Shown here: one piece after another, positions 10,101-18,661 of the stretch
Layout of the letters: the number at the start of each line of letters is the position of its first letter
Position numbering within the stretch: position 1 is the stretch's first letter
Source of the DNA: a candidate division WOR-3 bacterium
GTDB taxonomy: Bacteria > Hydrothermota > Tepidihabitantia > Tepidihabitantales > Tepidihabitantaceae
Direction: 5' to 3'
NCBI GenBank assembly: GCA_037441285.1
Contig: JBBISL010000002.1
Span: forward strand, 82,627 to 146,626
DNA: 64,000 nucleotides
Position numbers and translations under genes: made by a program
The notes under the pieces: generated by a model
Told to the model about the DNA's origin: nothing
Seen by the model: only the letters and a program-made list of their open reading frames with translations
Database searches by the model: none

Positions 10101-11206
10101 GCAAGAAGGCAAAAGAGGGTTGTGACCTTACTTATGACCAGTTCACCGGTACCCAGGGTACCATCTGGGCAATAAAGGGCGGTGGTGTGCCCGACTTCTT
10201 CTCCTTCGACATCGCCACCCGAACCTGGCAGATAAGGCGGTCGGTCGGCGTCCGCGGCCAAACCTTCCGCTGGCCCAAAATCGGGGCTGCCCTTGCTTAT
10301 GTCCCGACCCATGGTCCTGAAGGTGCGGTTTACTGCGCAACCGGCAACAACTCTTTAACCTTTGTCCGCTACGATATCGGAGCTGACACCTGGGCACGCT
10401 GCCCGGATGTGCCATTTATTCCGCTGCGCCGTCGTTCCTGTCGCTACGGCACCGATATGGTCTACGATGGTGACAGCATCATCTACCTGCTCAAAGGTAA
10501 CAACACCACTGAGGTCTGGAAATACTACCCCGCGTTTGACTCCTGGTATCTCACACCCCTTGACCAGGTCAGTTTGATTGGCAATCGGAATCGCCGGGTT
10601 AAGGCGGGCGGTGCGATAACTTATTTGAACTCAAACCTCTTTGTCCTCAAAGGTGGCAACACCCAGGAGTTCTGGTCTTATCCAATCGGTGTTCGGGACT
10701 CCTGGGTTCAGCGTTCTGACATCCCGATTGCACTCACCGGGAAACGAACCAAGGTGAAACGGGGTGCCGCACTTGCCGCTGCGGGCAACGCCATCTTCTG
10801 CCTCAAAGGCTCTTATGTTTATGAATTCTGGGAGTATCGTCCGGAAACCGATTCGCTCGGGAACACGCTATTTTTCTCCTCATCGCCTGAGCGTCAGGGA
10901 GTAATGGCAGAAAATACGCCACTCCCATCCGCGACCGAATTGGCTCTTTTCCCCAACCCCATTGGAAAAAACAACCTGACCATATTGTGCAATTTACCAA
11001 CATCACAGCATGTCCGCCTTATCATCTATGACGCTACCGGCGCTCAAATCAAAAACCTTCTCAACAGCACCTTACCCGCGGGTCGACACAAATTCACCTG
11101 GAACCTTATCACCGACAAAGGAACCCTTGCACCACCTGGCGTCTATTTCTTAAAACTGGAAGCGGGTAACAAAGTATACTCTCGGAAACTGATAGTCCAG
11201 CGTTGA
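7196..11206 (+). CDS. Large secreted multidomain protein: signal peptide, adhesin/CARDB-like Ig domains, NIDO-like region, basic Kelch-like propeller, FlgD-Ig/T9SS-like CTD
   Basis: SD AAGGAGG and N-terminal signal peptide. D.N.AND CARDB-like ends, IAPWWNDL/FVVIW region, LKG(G/N)NT.EF repeats, CTD FPNP...IYDATG...GVYFLKL...RKLIVQR. Confidence 0.8.
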   Translation: MMRNLIVGLIVLLTLGFADTLLVENFDTLWTPQSPPPGWTVIYDTLNPQNYADWHREPANAAPWTDHPSPYPAIFWQLNQNQTPDMLISPVINCATYRNIVLTCSTYFSHRISNSYTAQIRYSIDGGQTFPYVLQDYYEQNVGPGVLESFELTSATRRDSVVIAWIFQGDLFNINWWMFDDVVVTGDSILAYDIRCQRIIRPDYFELPGNLYPQARFRNIGLQDQYNIPVFCELFDSLGNSLYLWQDTIDTLLALTGEKVSFFDSTSFPLTGGNYSIKFWCAADSDYNRANDTLSRNFIVSTLEEIANDNGTPAGYRTWPVGHYGWGAKFSVTSPVFIESLKVYLNSPANPAHSRYQLAIAPDLGTGMPGPFIFKTPVLYAAPGAGWNSVFVADTGEQIPVVGDFYVFYLQVGEPPECPQLANDGNLNNPNNYWTYYRDGTMLPETPPGDLMLRVIVNHNPLTPANQDARVTFIEQPLYEFIQRPFDAPCPIRAHIENFGTDSLYNIPVRCSVIDISHNPLFTASATIAALGPGDEIAVDFNGWVPTTASQPCSVIVYFDWTGSPIVDEVPQNDDRRFGFDLLKGAYTGRVTAGYAWIDSDTTGGPVYSWIDTSGANIAIQREDEYRIFVPIGFDFPYSDTTYNNCYVCTNGWLSLGYDPHEFAPSPERIPNSNLPNALIAPWWNDLELRSAGKVYYKTIGQSPNRQFVVIWQDVNLKYTDTTDLLTFEVMLNENGTVVFQYQDVTTGDLNYDYGKNTSIGIENKEGNGGVNYLYSLPPLSTATNDPQNRLTSGRAIKLYREFRDAAALDIVTPATYTFPETLYPQVKIQNYGTVGDSIWAYLRINPGSYFDSVLVTGLAPGAETTVTMPSTWYGRGTFSAVCSTAMVGDINPANDIFSKVFISSSWVQREDIPIGPSRRKVKNASLVYVPVTNKLYALKGGNTNEFYSYDIATGTWESLPSMPLDPSGKKAKEGCDLTYDQFTGTQGTIWAIKGGGVPDFFSFDIATRTWQIRRSVGVRGQTFRWPKIGAALAYVPTHGPEGAVYCATGNNSLTFVRYDIGADTWARCPDVPFIPLRRRSCRYGTDMVYDGDSIIYLLKGNNTTEVWKYYPAFDSWYLTPLDQVSLIGNRNRRVKAGGAITYLNSNLFVLKGGNTQEFWSYPIGVRDSWVQRSDIPIALTGKRTKVKRGAALAAAGNAIFCLKGSYVYEFWEYRPETDSLGNTLFFSSSPERQGVMAENTPLPSATELALFPNPIGKNNLTILCNLPTSQHVRLIIYDATGAQIKNLLNSTLPAGRHKFTWNLITDKGTLAPPGVYFLKLEAGNKVYSRKLIVQR

Positions 11207-11228
11207 AAAACAGGTGAAACTGAGATAC

Positions 11229-11258
11229 GGGGGCGGTAAGTACCGCCCCCAATTTTTT
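11229..11258 (+). terminator. Intrinsic terminator
   Basis: GGGGGCGGT-AAGT-ACCGCCCCC hairpin followed by AATTTTTT, between convergent genes. Confidence 0.75.
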
Positions 11259-11294
11259 AAATTACTAAGTCTGTCCGCCGAATTTAATGTATAA

Positions 11295-11576
11295 CTAAAA
11301 CCGATACCAGAGATAGATTGCCAGAATCAACAAAAGCACAGCAAAAGTAGTTAAGGCAAATGAAATCCCGAATGTTAATGTCGCAAACCCAAGATTCAGT
11401 GTAAAAGTTGGTACGCCAATCTGCATCGACTTGAAAAAGAAATCGCGTACCGGACCAGGAGGGAATAGTCCGGAAAGAAAATAAGAAAGTATGCTCCCGG
11501 CAATTCCTGCCACAATTATTGCCAGAATTAAAAGCCCAATTGACCTGCCACCCGCACGCACTCCTCTACTTTTCAT
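11295..11576 (-). CDS. Small membrane protein (DUF4321-like)
   Basis: 93-aa hydrophobic ORF with TLNLGFATLTFG segment; SD GGAG upstream. Confidence 0.65.
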   Translation of the reverse strand: MKSRGVRAGGRSIGLLILAIIVAGIAGSILSYFLSGLFPPGPVRDFFFKSMQIGVPTFTLNLGFATLTFGISFALTTFAVLLLILAIYLWYRF

Positions 11577-11620
11577 AGTTTAACTCCTTTACCGCTAATA
11601 TAACAACCTGAGGCTTTTAA

Positions 11621-12124
11621 TCAAGCATATTCTTTTACCCGTGACTGAATCAACCGGGCAAGGATGCCAATCAATGTACCAGTGCCGACACCGATCAGAA
11701 CGAGCACTGGTAAAAACCGCCACAGCGCCGAACTCTGAATTAGTACAAACCGGGCAACGAGAAGCTGGCCGATATTGTGAAATACGCCGCCCACCACACT
11801 TATCCCCACAACACTAACCGCCTTTCGCCCCAAAACCCAGAGCAGAACCATCGCCGCCAGCGAAATAACACCCCCGACCGCGCCGAAAAAGAAAAAAGGC
11901 GAAAGGAATCTCCCGGTGATAATCGAACCCAAAATCAACTTTATGAAAAAGACAACAACCGCACCAATGACCCCTAACTCATCGAGCGCCAGAACCACCG
12001 CCACATTCGCAATTCCGAGACGCAACCAGGGCAAAGGTGTTGGTAGGTAGTTCTCCACGGTGTATAGCCCGAGGGCAAGAGCCCCATAAATCGGTATCCG
12101 ACTTCTTTTATCGGGTAATCCCAT
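11621..12124 (-). CDS. Gx transporter / heptaprenyl diphosphate synthase component I family (EetB-like)
   Basis: ENYLPTPLPWLRLGIANV and SVVGGVFHNIGQL motifs; adjacent to a NusG domain II gene. Confidence 0.85.
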   Translation of the reverse strand: MGLPDKRSRIPIYGALALGLYTVENYLPTPLPWLRLGIANVAVVLALDELGVIGAVVVFFIKLILGSIITGRFLSPFFFFGAVGGVISLAAMVLLWVLGRKAVSVVGISVVGGVFHNIGQLLVARFVLIQSSALWRFLPVLVLIGVGTGTLIGILARLIQSRVKEYA

Positions 12125-12479
12125 CAATACCATCACCACTTTTAACACTTTTAATCTGAACCATCACCCGATTGGGCGCACACACGCTCATCTGTCCTGA
12201 ACTTTGAATCCAGCCCGTCCGGACACATATTTTATTCCGGCAATCCGAATCCCGCACCCGGACCTGTTTACCTCGCACCTCAACCACCGTTGTTCCCACC
12301 GGTCCATTAAGGGTGACAACGGTATCGGCCGGCAGGGCAATTGTCTGAACTCCTTCAACTGATTTAATCACACAAACATCGCCTGACCCCGCCTTATTCC
12401 AGATTAAAACACCACCGCCTGCTCCCACGACAAGAAAAAACGCAATCAAGATGATATCACCGACCTTAAATATTTTCAC
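12108..12479 (-). CDS. NusG domain II-containing protein (EetA-like)
   Basis: N-terminal TM helix, then SDCRNKICVRTGWI...VCAPNRV. GTG start overlaps the upstream TGA. Confidence 0.85.
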   Translation of the reverse strand: MKIFKVGDIILIAFFLVVGAGGGVLIWNKAGSGDVCVIKSVEGVQTIALPADTVVTLNGPVGTTVVEVRGKQVRVRDSDCRNKICVRTGWIQSSGQMSVCAPNRVMVQIKSVKSGDGIDGITR

Positions 12480-13462
12480 AAAATTATGTCGACCTTCCTT
12501 CCACAACGCTGACAGCGACCATCCTTCACCCCGACAACTCTGCCCCGGTACTCACTACGGTCAACCAATTTCGTACCACATCTTGGACAGAATGTGTCCC
12601 GAAACCTTTCGCCCAGCGCAACATTACCTAAATACACATAGTCCAGTTTCTTTGCCGCCATCTCGGCGGCTCGAACCAGTGTTTCCAGCGATGTGGGCGG
12701 TTCCTCTACCCGGTATCGGGGGAAAAAACGGGATAAATGCAACACCGTTTCCCGGCCCAGACTGGCAACGAAATCGGTCAATTCAGCCATCTCTGCCTCA
12801 GAATCATTTTTCCCGGGAATCAACAGCGTTGTCAATTCCACAAGACATCTCGTTCGTGCCGTCCTTATTGTATTTAAAACGGTCTCAAGGTCGCCGTGGA
12901 TATAATCCTGATAAAACTCCTTTCTGATCGATTTCAAATCGATGTTCATCGCATCAACTATCGGTAAAAGGTCATTCAGAGGTTCGGGGTTAATCATTCC
13001 ATTTGTTACCAGCACATTCTTAATTCCCGCCTTACGCATCAACTTTCCGGCGTCCAGCAAATATTCAAACCAGATAACCGGTTCTGAATAAGTCCAAGCG
13101 ATAAATCGGCATCCCCACTGCAAGACCAGTTTTACCAGTTCCTCAGGCTCAACATAACGGCTCGCTGCCCTTTCCTGAGAAATCTCCCAGTTCTGGCAGA
13201 AGGGACACCGCAGATTGCAACCATAAGTCGCAACTGAAAAAATCTCCACTCCGGGATAAAAGTGGTAAAGTGGCTTCTTTTCAATCGGGTCAACCGCCAT
13301 CGATACCACTTCACCATAATTGGTGGCAAAGAGTTTGCCGTTGATGTTTTGTCTGCCCAGACATCGCCCTGATTTCCCCGGTGCAATCAAACAGCGATTC
13401 GGGCACAAAAAACAACGCACCTTTCCATCTTCCGCCGCATAGTACCTCGCCTCTTTATTCAT
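12476..13462 (-). CDS. amrS: AmmeMemoRadiSam-system radical SAM enzyme
   Basis: CFLCPNRC, DPIEKKPLYHFYPG, CNLRCPFC, YVYLGN and C-terminal CPRC...CQRC. Confidence 0.9.
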   Translation of the reverse strand: MNKEARYYAAEDGKVRCFLCPNRCLIAPGKSGRCLGRQNINGKLFATNYGEVVSMAVDPIEKKPLYHFYPGVEIFSVATYGCNLRCPFCQNWEISQERAASRYVEPEELVKLVLQWGCRFIAWTYSEPVIWFEYLLDAGKLMRKAGIKNVLVTNGMINPEPLNDLLPIVDAMNIDLKSIRKEFYQDYIHGDLETVLNTIRTARTRCLVELTTLLIPGKNDSEAEMAELTDFVASLGRETVLHLSRFFPRYRVEEPPTSLETLVRAAEMAAKKLDYVYLGNVALGERFRDTFCPRCGTKLVDRSEYRGRVVGVKDGRCQRCGRKVDIIL

Positions 13463-14435
13463 TTACCCTCCCCACCTTCTTTACAACCACTGAATCACCC
13501 TGCATCTCAAAGAAAAGTGCCGCATACCCTGTGGACTCCATTTCGCCCGGGGAACTCACCTGCTTTTCTTGAAAAAACTCTGCCCCATCATCACCGCAAG
13601 CAAAAAGAGTGGTTGAGTAGGCATCCGCTTCCAGAGCGCTTGGTGCCACAACCGTAACCGCAATCCATCGCGTCGCTGGATAACCGGTTTTCGGATTAAA
13701 TATATGGCAGTAGTGTTTGTTGTTGACTTCGAAGAAATTCTCATAATCGCCTGAGGTCGAAACCGCTTGATTTTTCAACTTGAGTACCCTTACCACACCT
13801 TCGCCCCGCGGATTCTGAACCCCAATGCGCCACACCCTTTGTCCGAAAACCCGAATATCACCCCCCGCATCTACCAAACCTTCCACCAAACCCACAGACT
13901 CCATGATTGCCACTGCCCGGTCAACTGCAAATCCAACCGCAATTCCCCCTAAGTCAAGATTAACACCTTTACCGAGCACAATACTATCACCATCAATTAC
14001 GACCCGGCGATAGTCAACCCGTTTTTTTGTCTCTTTAACCGCGGAACTTTCCGGCACCAGGTAACTACCGTCGTAAAATCCCCATAACCGCATCAATGGT
14101 TCGACCGTAATGTCAAAAATCCCGTTTGTCTCTTCACCCATCGCTATCCCTTTGACAATCAAATCGCGGGTCTCTTTTGAAACCCGCATCTTGCGCAAAC
14201 GGTTCAACTGTACCACCTCACTCTCATCAAAAAAGATAGACCATAAGGTATCCAGCCGATGCATCTCGGCAAAAGCCCTACGCACCGCCTTATCGGTTTC
14301 CTCCTTTGTTTTCCCCCGGGCATAAATCCGGATATAACTTCCGAACCCCATCTCGGTCTCATCAACCACATAACCCGGGCGTGAACAGCCGCTAAAAAAG
14401 ATTAAACCTGATGCCGCAATAAGCAACCATTTCAC
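13455..14435 (-). CDS. apbE: FAD:protein FMN transferase (lipoprotein)
   Basis: Lipobox FFSGC, DLGGIAVGFAVD, DAGGD, STSGDYE, HIFNPKTGYP, ADAYST. Start revised to GTG 14435. Confidence 0.9.
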   Translation of the reverse strand: MKWLLIAASGLIFFSGCSRPGYVVDETEMGFGSYIRIYARGKTKEETDKAVRRAFAEMHRLDTLWSIFFDESEVVQLNRLRKMRVSKETRDLIVKGIAMGEETNGIFDITVEPLMRLWGFYDGSYLVPESSAVKETKKRVDYRRVVIDGDSIVLGKGVNLDLGGIAVGFAVDRAVAIMESVGLVEGLVDAGGDIRVFGQRVWRIGVQNPRGEGVVRVLKLKNQAVSTSGDYENFFEVNNKHYCHIFNPKTGYPATRWIAVTVVAPSALEADAYSTTLFACGDDGAEFFQEKQVSSPGEMESTGYAALFFEMQGDSVVVKKVGRVNE

Positions 14436-14520
14436 CGCACAATGATAAACCTGCCACTCTTCAAGGTCAAGCCACAAATTTATTGCACACCACTAAATCT
14501 GAGGTATCATAATATCTGCT

Positions 14521-15786
14521 ATGCTGAAACCCCGCCCTCTTCTTGAATCGGCAAAGGTTAGAACCCGCAAAAGCAGTACCGTTCGCTTACTCATCGTTTT
14601 AGGCGTGATTATCCTTAGTACCATCATTTTTTCGCTCGTGCGACCGCGACGACATCGAGCAGCAACCTCTTCAACCCCAGCGCCGCCTTTACCACTAATT
14701 GCGAAAAGCTTTGCGGTTCAACCCGGAGAAATTCTGCCCTTTGTTTTCAACCGTGCCGAAGTCCCCGAGCAGGTTGTAGACCAGGTTATTGGTGCCCTAA
14801 AAGAGTTCGGTTTCAACTTCCGCCGCATCAGACCCGGTGACAGCGTTATCCTGCTTTATCGTCGTGACTCACTTGTTCAGATTCTCTACTGGCGCAACTA
14901 CGACTCAATCTACCGAATTGATATCGACTCCGGACCTCCTACTGTTACCTTAACTTCCCTTCCTATCGACATCGTTCCCACTATCATTAAAGGCACAATC
15001 ACCGGTTCACTGTATCAGTCGTTAATAAACTTAGGAGAAAAACCGGGTTTGGTTGCCGCTTACACCGAAATCTTTGATTGGGAAATTGACTTCTTCTCCG
15101 AAACCCAACCCGGTGATTCATTTGTAATATTGGTTCCGCGGAAATATATTGACTCGGTGATAGTGGGCTATGGGCAAATTATCGCTGCCCGTTACAAAGG
15201 TGCGGTCGGCGAATTCACCGCCTTCCGTTTCACCGACCCGGAAGGAAATACTGACTACTACAACCCGGAAGGGTTATCGATGCGCAAACTCTTTCTGAAG
15301 TCGCCTTTGCGCTTCTCGCGTATCTCTTCCTTCTTTGGCAATCGCTACCACCCTATCCGCCATATTCGGTGTCCCCATCAAGGCATCGACTACGCCGCGC
15401 CCATCGGTACACCGGTATCCTGCGTTGCGGACGGTCGTGTCATCTCTGCTGGCTGGTCGGGCGGTTATGGTCGACTGGTACGGGTTGGCCACCGCGACGG
15501 TTACGAAACCCGTTATGGTCATCTCAGCGGCTTTGGCAAAGGTGTCAAAACTGGTGCCCCGGTATCTCAGGGACAGATTATCGGCTATGTTGGCTCAACC
15601 GGACTCTCTACTGGTCCGCATTTGCACTACGAGGTACGCAAATTTGGCAATCCGGTCAATCCCCTGCGGCTGAACCCACCACGGGTGGCAGCGCTTAAAC
15701 TTGCTTACCTTCCGGCTTTTCGTGCCTATCGCGACAGTCTGCTTGCAATTATGAACCAACCGCTGCCGCCACAACCAATCCCATAA
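14521..15786 (+). CDS. M23 family peptidoglycan DD-endopeptidase (MepM-like)
   Basis: N-terminal TM helix; HQGIDY (HxxxD) and STGPHLHYE (HxH). Confidence 0.9.
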   Translation: MLKPRPLLESAKVRTRKSSTVRLLIVLGVIILSTIIFSLVRPRRHRAATSSTPAPPLPLIAKSFAVQPGEILPFVFNRAEVPEQVVDQVIGALKEFGFNFRRIRPGDSVILLYRRDSLVQILYWRNYDSIYRIDIDSGPPTVTLTSLPIDIVPTIIKGTITGSLYQSLINLGEKPGLVAAYTEIFDWEIDFFSETQPGDSFVILVPRKYIDSVIVGYGQIIAARYKGAVGEFTAFRFTDPEGNTDYYNPEGLSMRKLFLKSPLRFSRISSFFGNRYHPIRHIRCPHQGIDYAAPIGTPVSCVADGRVISAGWSGGYGRLVRVGHRDGYETRYGHLSGFGKGVKTGAPVSQGQIIGYVGSTGLSTGPHLHYEVRKFGNPVNPLRLNPPRVAALKLAYLPAFRAYRDSLLAIMNQPLPPQPIP

Positions 15787-16486
15787 CCTCTGCCGCACCC
15801 GCCTTGCGCAACTCTTCAGCCGCAGCCGAAAGGGTCGCACCGGTCGTCATCACATCATCAATAAGTATCAATCGCATCCCATCCAATCGCTCGCCGTTCT
15901 TCATTCCAAACGCCCCTCTTACATTATCAAATCGCCCCTTGCTGCTCATCTGTTTTGTCTGACTGGGCGTGTTTTTCTTGCGAACCAAAAGGTCAGCAAA
16001 TGGAATATGGGTTATCCGCGCCACCTCCTTAGCAAGAAGCGACGCCTGATTGTACCCTCTTTCCCGCAACCTTGCTGGATGCAGCGGCACCGGGCAAATT
16101 CTATCCGCCTGTTTTAAGCCGCTATCCTGCTCCACCAAAAGTGCCAACGCCCCTCCTAAAATCGGCACCAGTGCCGTTTTCTCCTGGTACTTCAACGCCT
16201 GGACTAAACCTAAAAAAGGCTTTCCATAAACCCCGACCGCCCGAATCCGGCTCAACGCCAGGGGTGGGTCACAACAACCGCATCTGCCCGCATCTGGCAA
16301 ACAGGGTCTGCCACATCGCCCGCACACATCAAGTTCGCTGGTAAAAAGCAAAAGCCGGCAGGAGTCACAAATCAACCCCTGTTCAATCTCTTCATCACAA
16401 CCATAGCAAATCGGCGGGAAAAGGAAATCGACAAAAGGCTGAAATAACCGTTTTGCCCGGGCAAAAACCGCTCTGGAAAAACTCAT
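15749..16486 (-). CDS. comF: ComF family protein
   Basis: Double zinc ribbon, VPLH...RGYNQA, ILIDDVMTTGAT PRTase loop. Confidence 0.88.
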   Translation of the reverse strand: MSFSRAVFARAKRLFQPFVDFLFPPICYGCDEEIEQGLICDSCRLLLFTSELDVCGRCGRPCLPDAGRCGCCDPPLALSRIRAVGVYGKPFLGLVQALKYQEKTALVPILGGALALLVEQDSGLKQADRICPVPLHPARLRERGYNQASLLAKEVARITHIPFADLLVRKKNTPSQTKQMSSKGRFDNVRGAFGMKNGERLDGMRLILIDDVMTTGATLSAAAEELRKAGAAEVMGLVVAAAVGS

Positions 16487-17259
16487 TTACGGCGCAAGAA
16501 AATAACAAGGAGAACTATCCCGATTAATGTCAAGACCAACGCGACAATCTGATTTCCCCAGAAGTTTGCCGCATTCTCGTAAAACCGGACAAAATCAATC
16601 CCAAAGCGGAAAATCGAATACAGAATTAAAATAATTGAAAATAACACACCGGGCTTGAGTTTTCTACGCTCCAGAAGCAAGGCGATTCCAAAAAGAACAA
16701 ATCCGGCAAAAGAGGAAAACAGCTGGGTGGGATAAATCGGCTGACCGGGAAACTGGGCACCTGCTGCTGAGTTGGGAGGAAATATCACCCCGAGGAATGA
16801 ATCGGTAGGCTTGCCGAAGCAACATCCATTAAGAAAACAACCAATCCTGGTAAACCCTTCACCCAGTACCACCGCGGGCGCCACCGCATCAAGCAGTTTC
16901 ACCACCGGCAGGCGATTGAGCCAGACATACAACAACCCGGCAACAAATCCACCGAGAAACCCACCATAGAACATCAAACCAGAAAGTCCGGGTGGGTTGC
17001 CCCAGAACTTAATCGTATCAATCAGGTTGTGTTGAAACTCCTCCCAGTGGAACGCTACATAGAAAAATCGCGCCCCAAATACAACCGCCAGAAGCACCCA
17101 CAGCGCCAGGTCGGTTATCTTCTTGGGGTCAACACCAAACCGCTTTGCCCGGCTTTCAACAAAGGCAATGCCCAGGATAAACGAAATAAAAAGCATAACA
17201 CCGTAGGAGTAAAGTTGAAAGTTGCCCACCCTTAAAAGTACCGGAAACATTTTACTCAT
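16483..17259 (-). CDS. lgt: Prolipoprotein diacylglyceryl transferase
   Basis: YSYG, GARFFYV, GLMFYGG, RIGCFLNGCCFG, PTQL, RFGIDFVR. Confidence 0.9.
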   Translation of the reverse strand: MSKMFPVLLRVGNFQLYSYGVMLFISFILGIAFVESRAKRFGVDPKKITDLALWVLLAVVFGARFFYVAFHWEEFQHNLIDTIKFWGNPPGLSGLMFYGGFLGGFVAGLLYVWLNRLPVVKLLDAVAPAVVLGEGFTRIGCFLNGCCFGKPTDSFLGVIFPPNSAAGAQFPGQPIYPTQLFSSFAGFVLFGIALLLERRKLKPGVLFSIILILYSIFRFGIDFVRFYENAANFWGNQIVALVLTLIGIVLLVIFLRRK

Positions 17260-18658
17260 CTCCTTTCGTCAGTGCCCAGATTAGGGCATCGCCCACAATT
17301 GAAACCTCGTCGCTCCGGATAGTGCGGAAGTCAAGTAACAGTTCATCGTTTGCCACCCGGGCAAAAACCGGTATTGAGTAAAACCGGAGCCTTTTTGCCA
17401 GTTCATCAACCGAAATTCCCTTCGGTTTTACCGATAAGGCAATTGAATCAAGCGTCTCGGTCGCCAGAGAACCGCCACCGACTTCAGCCTTTGTCGGTTT
17501 AATGACGAACTCTGCTTTATCCTTCAACTTATTTTGTATCGAATTCAGGAGATGTCGCGCATCCTCCTCCATTTGCGATAGTGGCTTTAAAACAATCTGA
17601 AACAGAGGATGTTCTCGGACCACCCGCTCTTCATCAAGAAAAAGTTCCAGGGTTCTTTCCAGAACCGCATAAGTGAGTTTATCGCAGCGCAACGCGCGGG
17701 TCAGCGGGTTCTTTTTCATCCGGTCAATCGGCGCCTTCTTGCCGACAATAATGCCTGCCTGTCCGGCACCAATAAGTTTATCACCGGAGAAACAAACAAC
17801 ATCCGCCCCTTGGGCAATTGACTCCGCAACCACCGGCTCTTTGGGCAAGCCATACTTTGAAAGGTCAATCAAGGCGCCCGAGCCTAAATCATCTATCACC
17901 GGTATTTGATACTTCCGCCCCAGCGCCACCAGTTCCTCCAACCCTACCTCCTTAGTAAATCCGACAATACGGTAATTAGAGGTGTGCACCCGTAAAATCG
18001 CCGCGGTTTCTGGTGTAATGGCGTTTTCATAATCCCGCAGATGGGTGCGATTGGTAGTTCCCACCTCCACCATCTTGCAACCACTCTGCCGCATCACATC
18101 AGGAATCCGGAACGAACCACCAATCTCAATCAACTGCCCCCGGGAGACAATCACCTCTTTATTCTTTGCAATCGTGGAGAGAATAAGCAAGGTAGCAGCA
18201 CAGTTGTTGTTTACCACCATCGCCGCTTCCGCTCCAGTCAACTCACAAAGTAGCGGCTCGATATGACGATACCTGCTTCCCCTTCTACCATCGGTGAGGT
18301 TAATCTCCAGAGTGCAAAAATTTTCACTGACATCAATCAACGCCTGCTGCGCCACCCGGGCAAGAGGTGCGCGACCCAAACCGGTGTGCAAAACCACACC
18401 TAACCCGTTTATTGCCCGGACCAGACTGGGTTTACGGTTTTGCTCCAGCCTCATCCGTAACTCTTCAACATCAAACTCAACCTCTTCACCGTTGAGAATC
18501 TCGGCTCGCACCTCATCGATATACCGCCTGACCACCCATTTTGCCAATCGGGGATGCAGCCGGCTCATAATCGAGGACAACCTATCGTCGCCCAGAACCT
18601 TGTCTACCGCTGGTATCTGACGCAACCGCTCTTTTTTTCCCTCTTCACTCAATCGCAT
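17252..18658 (-). CDS. selA: L-seryl-tRNA(Sec) selenium transferase
   Basis: INGLGVVLHTGLGRAPL, VSRGQLIEIGGSFRIPD, VGTTNRT, DLGSG, FSGDKLIG. Confidence 0.93.
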   Translation of the reverse strand: MRLSEEGKKERLRQIPAVDKVLGDDRLSSIMSRLHPRLAKWVVRRYIDEVRAEILNGEEVEFDVEELRMRLEQNRKPSLVRAINGLGVVLHTGLGRAPLARVAQQALIDVSENFCTLEINLTDGRRGSRYRHIEPLLCELTGAEAAMVVNNNCAATLLILSTIAKNKEVIVSRGQLIEIGGSFRIPDVMRQSGCKMVEVGTTNRTHLRDYENAITPETAAILRVHTSNYRIVGFTKEVGLEELVALGRKYQIPVIDDLGSGALIDLSKYGLPKEPVVAESIAQGADVVCFSGDKLIGAGQAGIIVGKKAPIDRMKKNPLTRALRCDKLTYAVLERTLELFLDEERVVREHPLFQIVLKPLSQMEEDARHLLNSIQNKLKDKAEFVIKPTKAEVGGGSLATETLDSIALSVKPKGISVDELAKRLRFYSIPVFARVANDELLLDFRTIRSDEVSIVGDALIWALTKGDE

Positions 18659-18661
18659 AAC

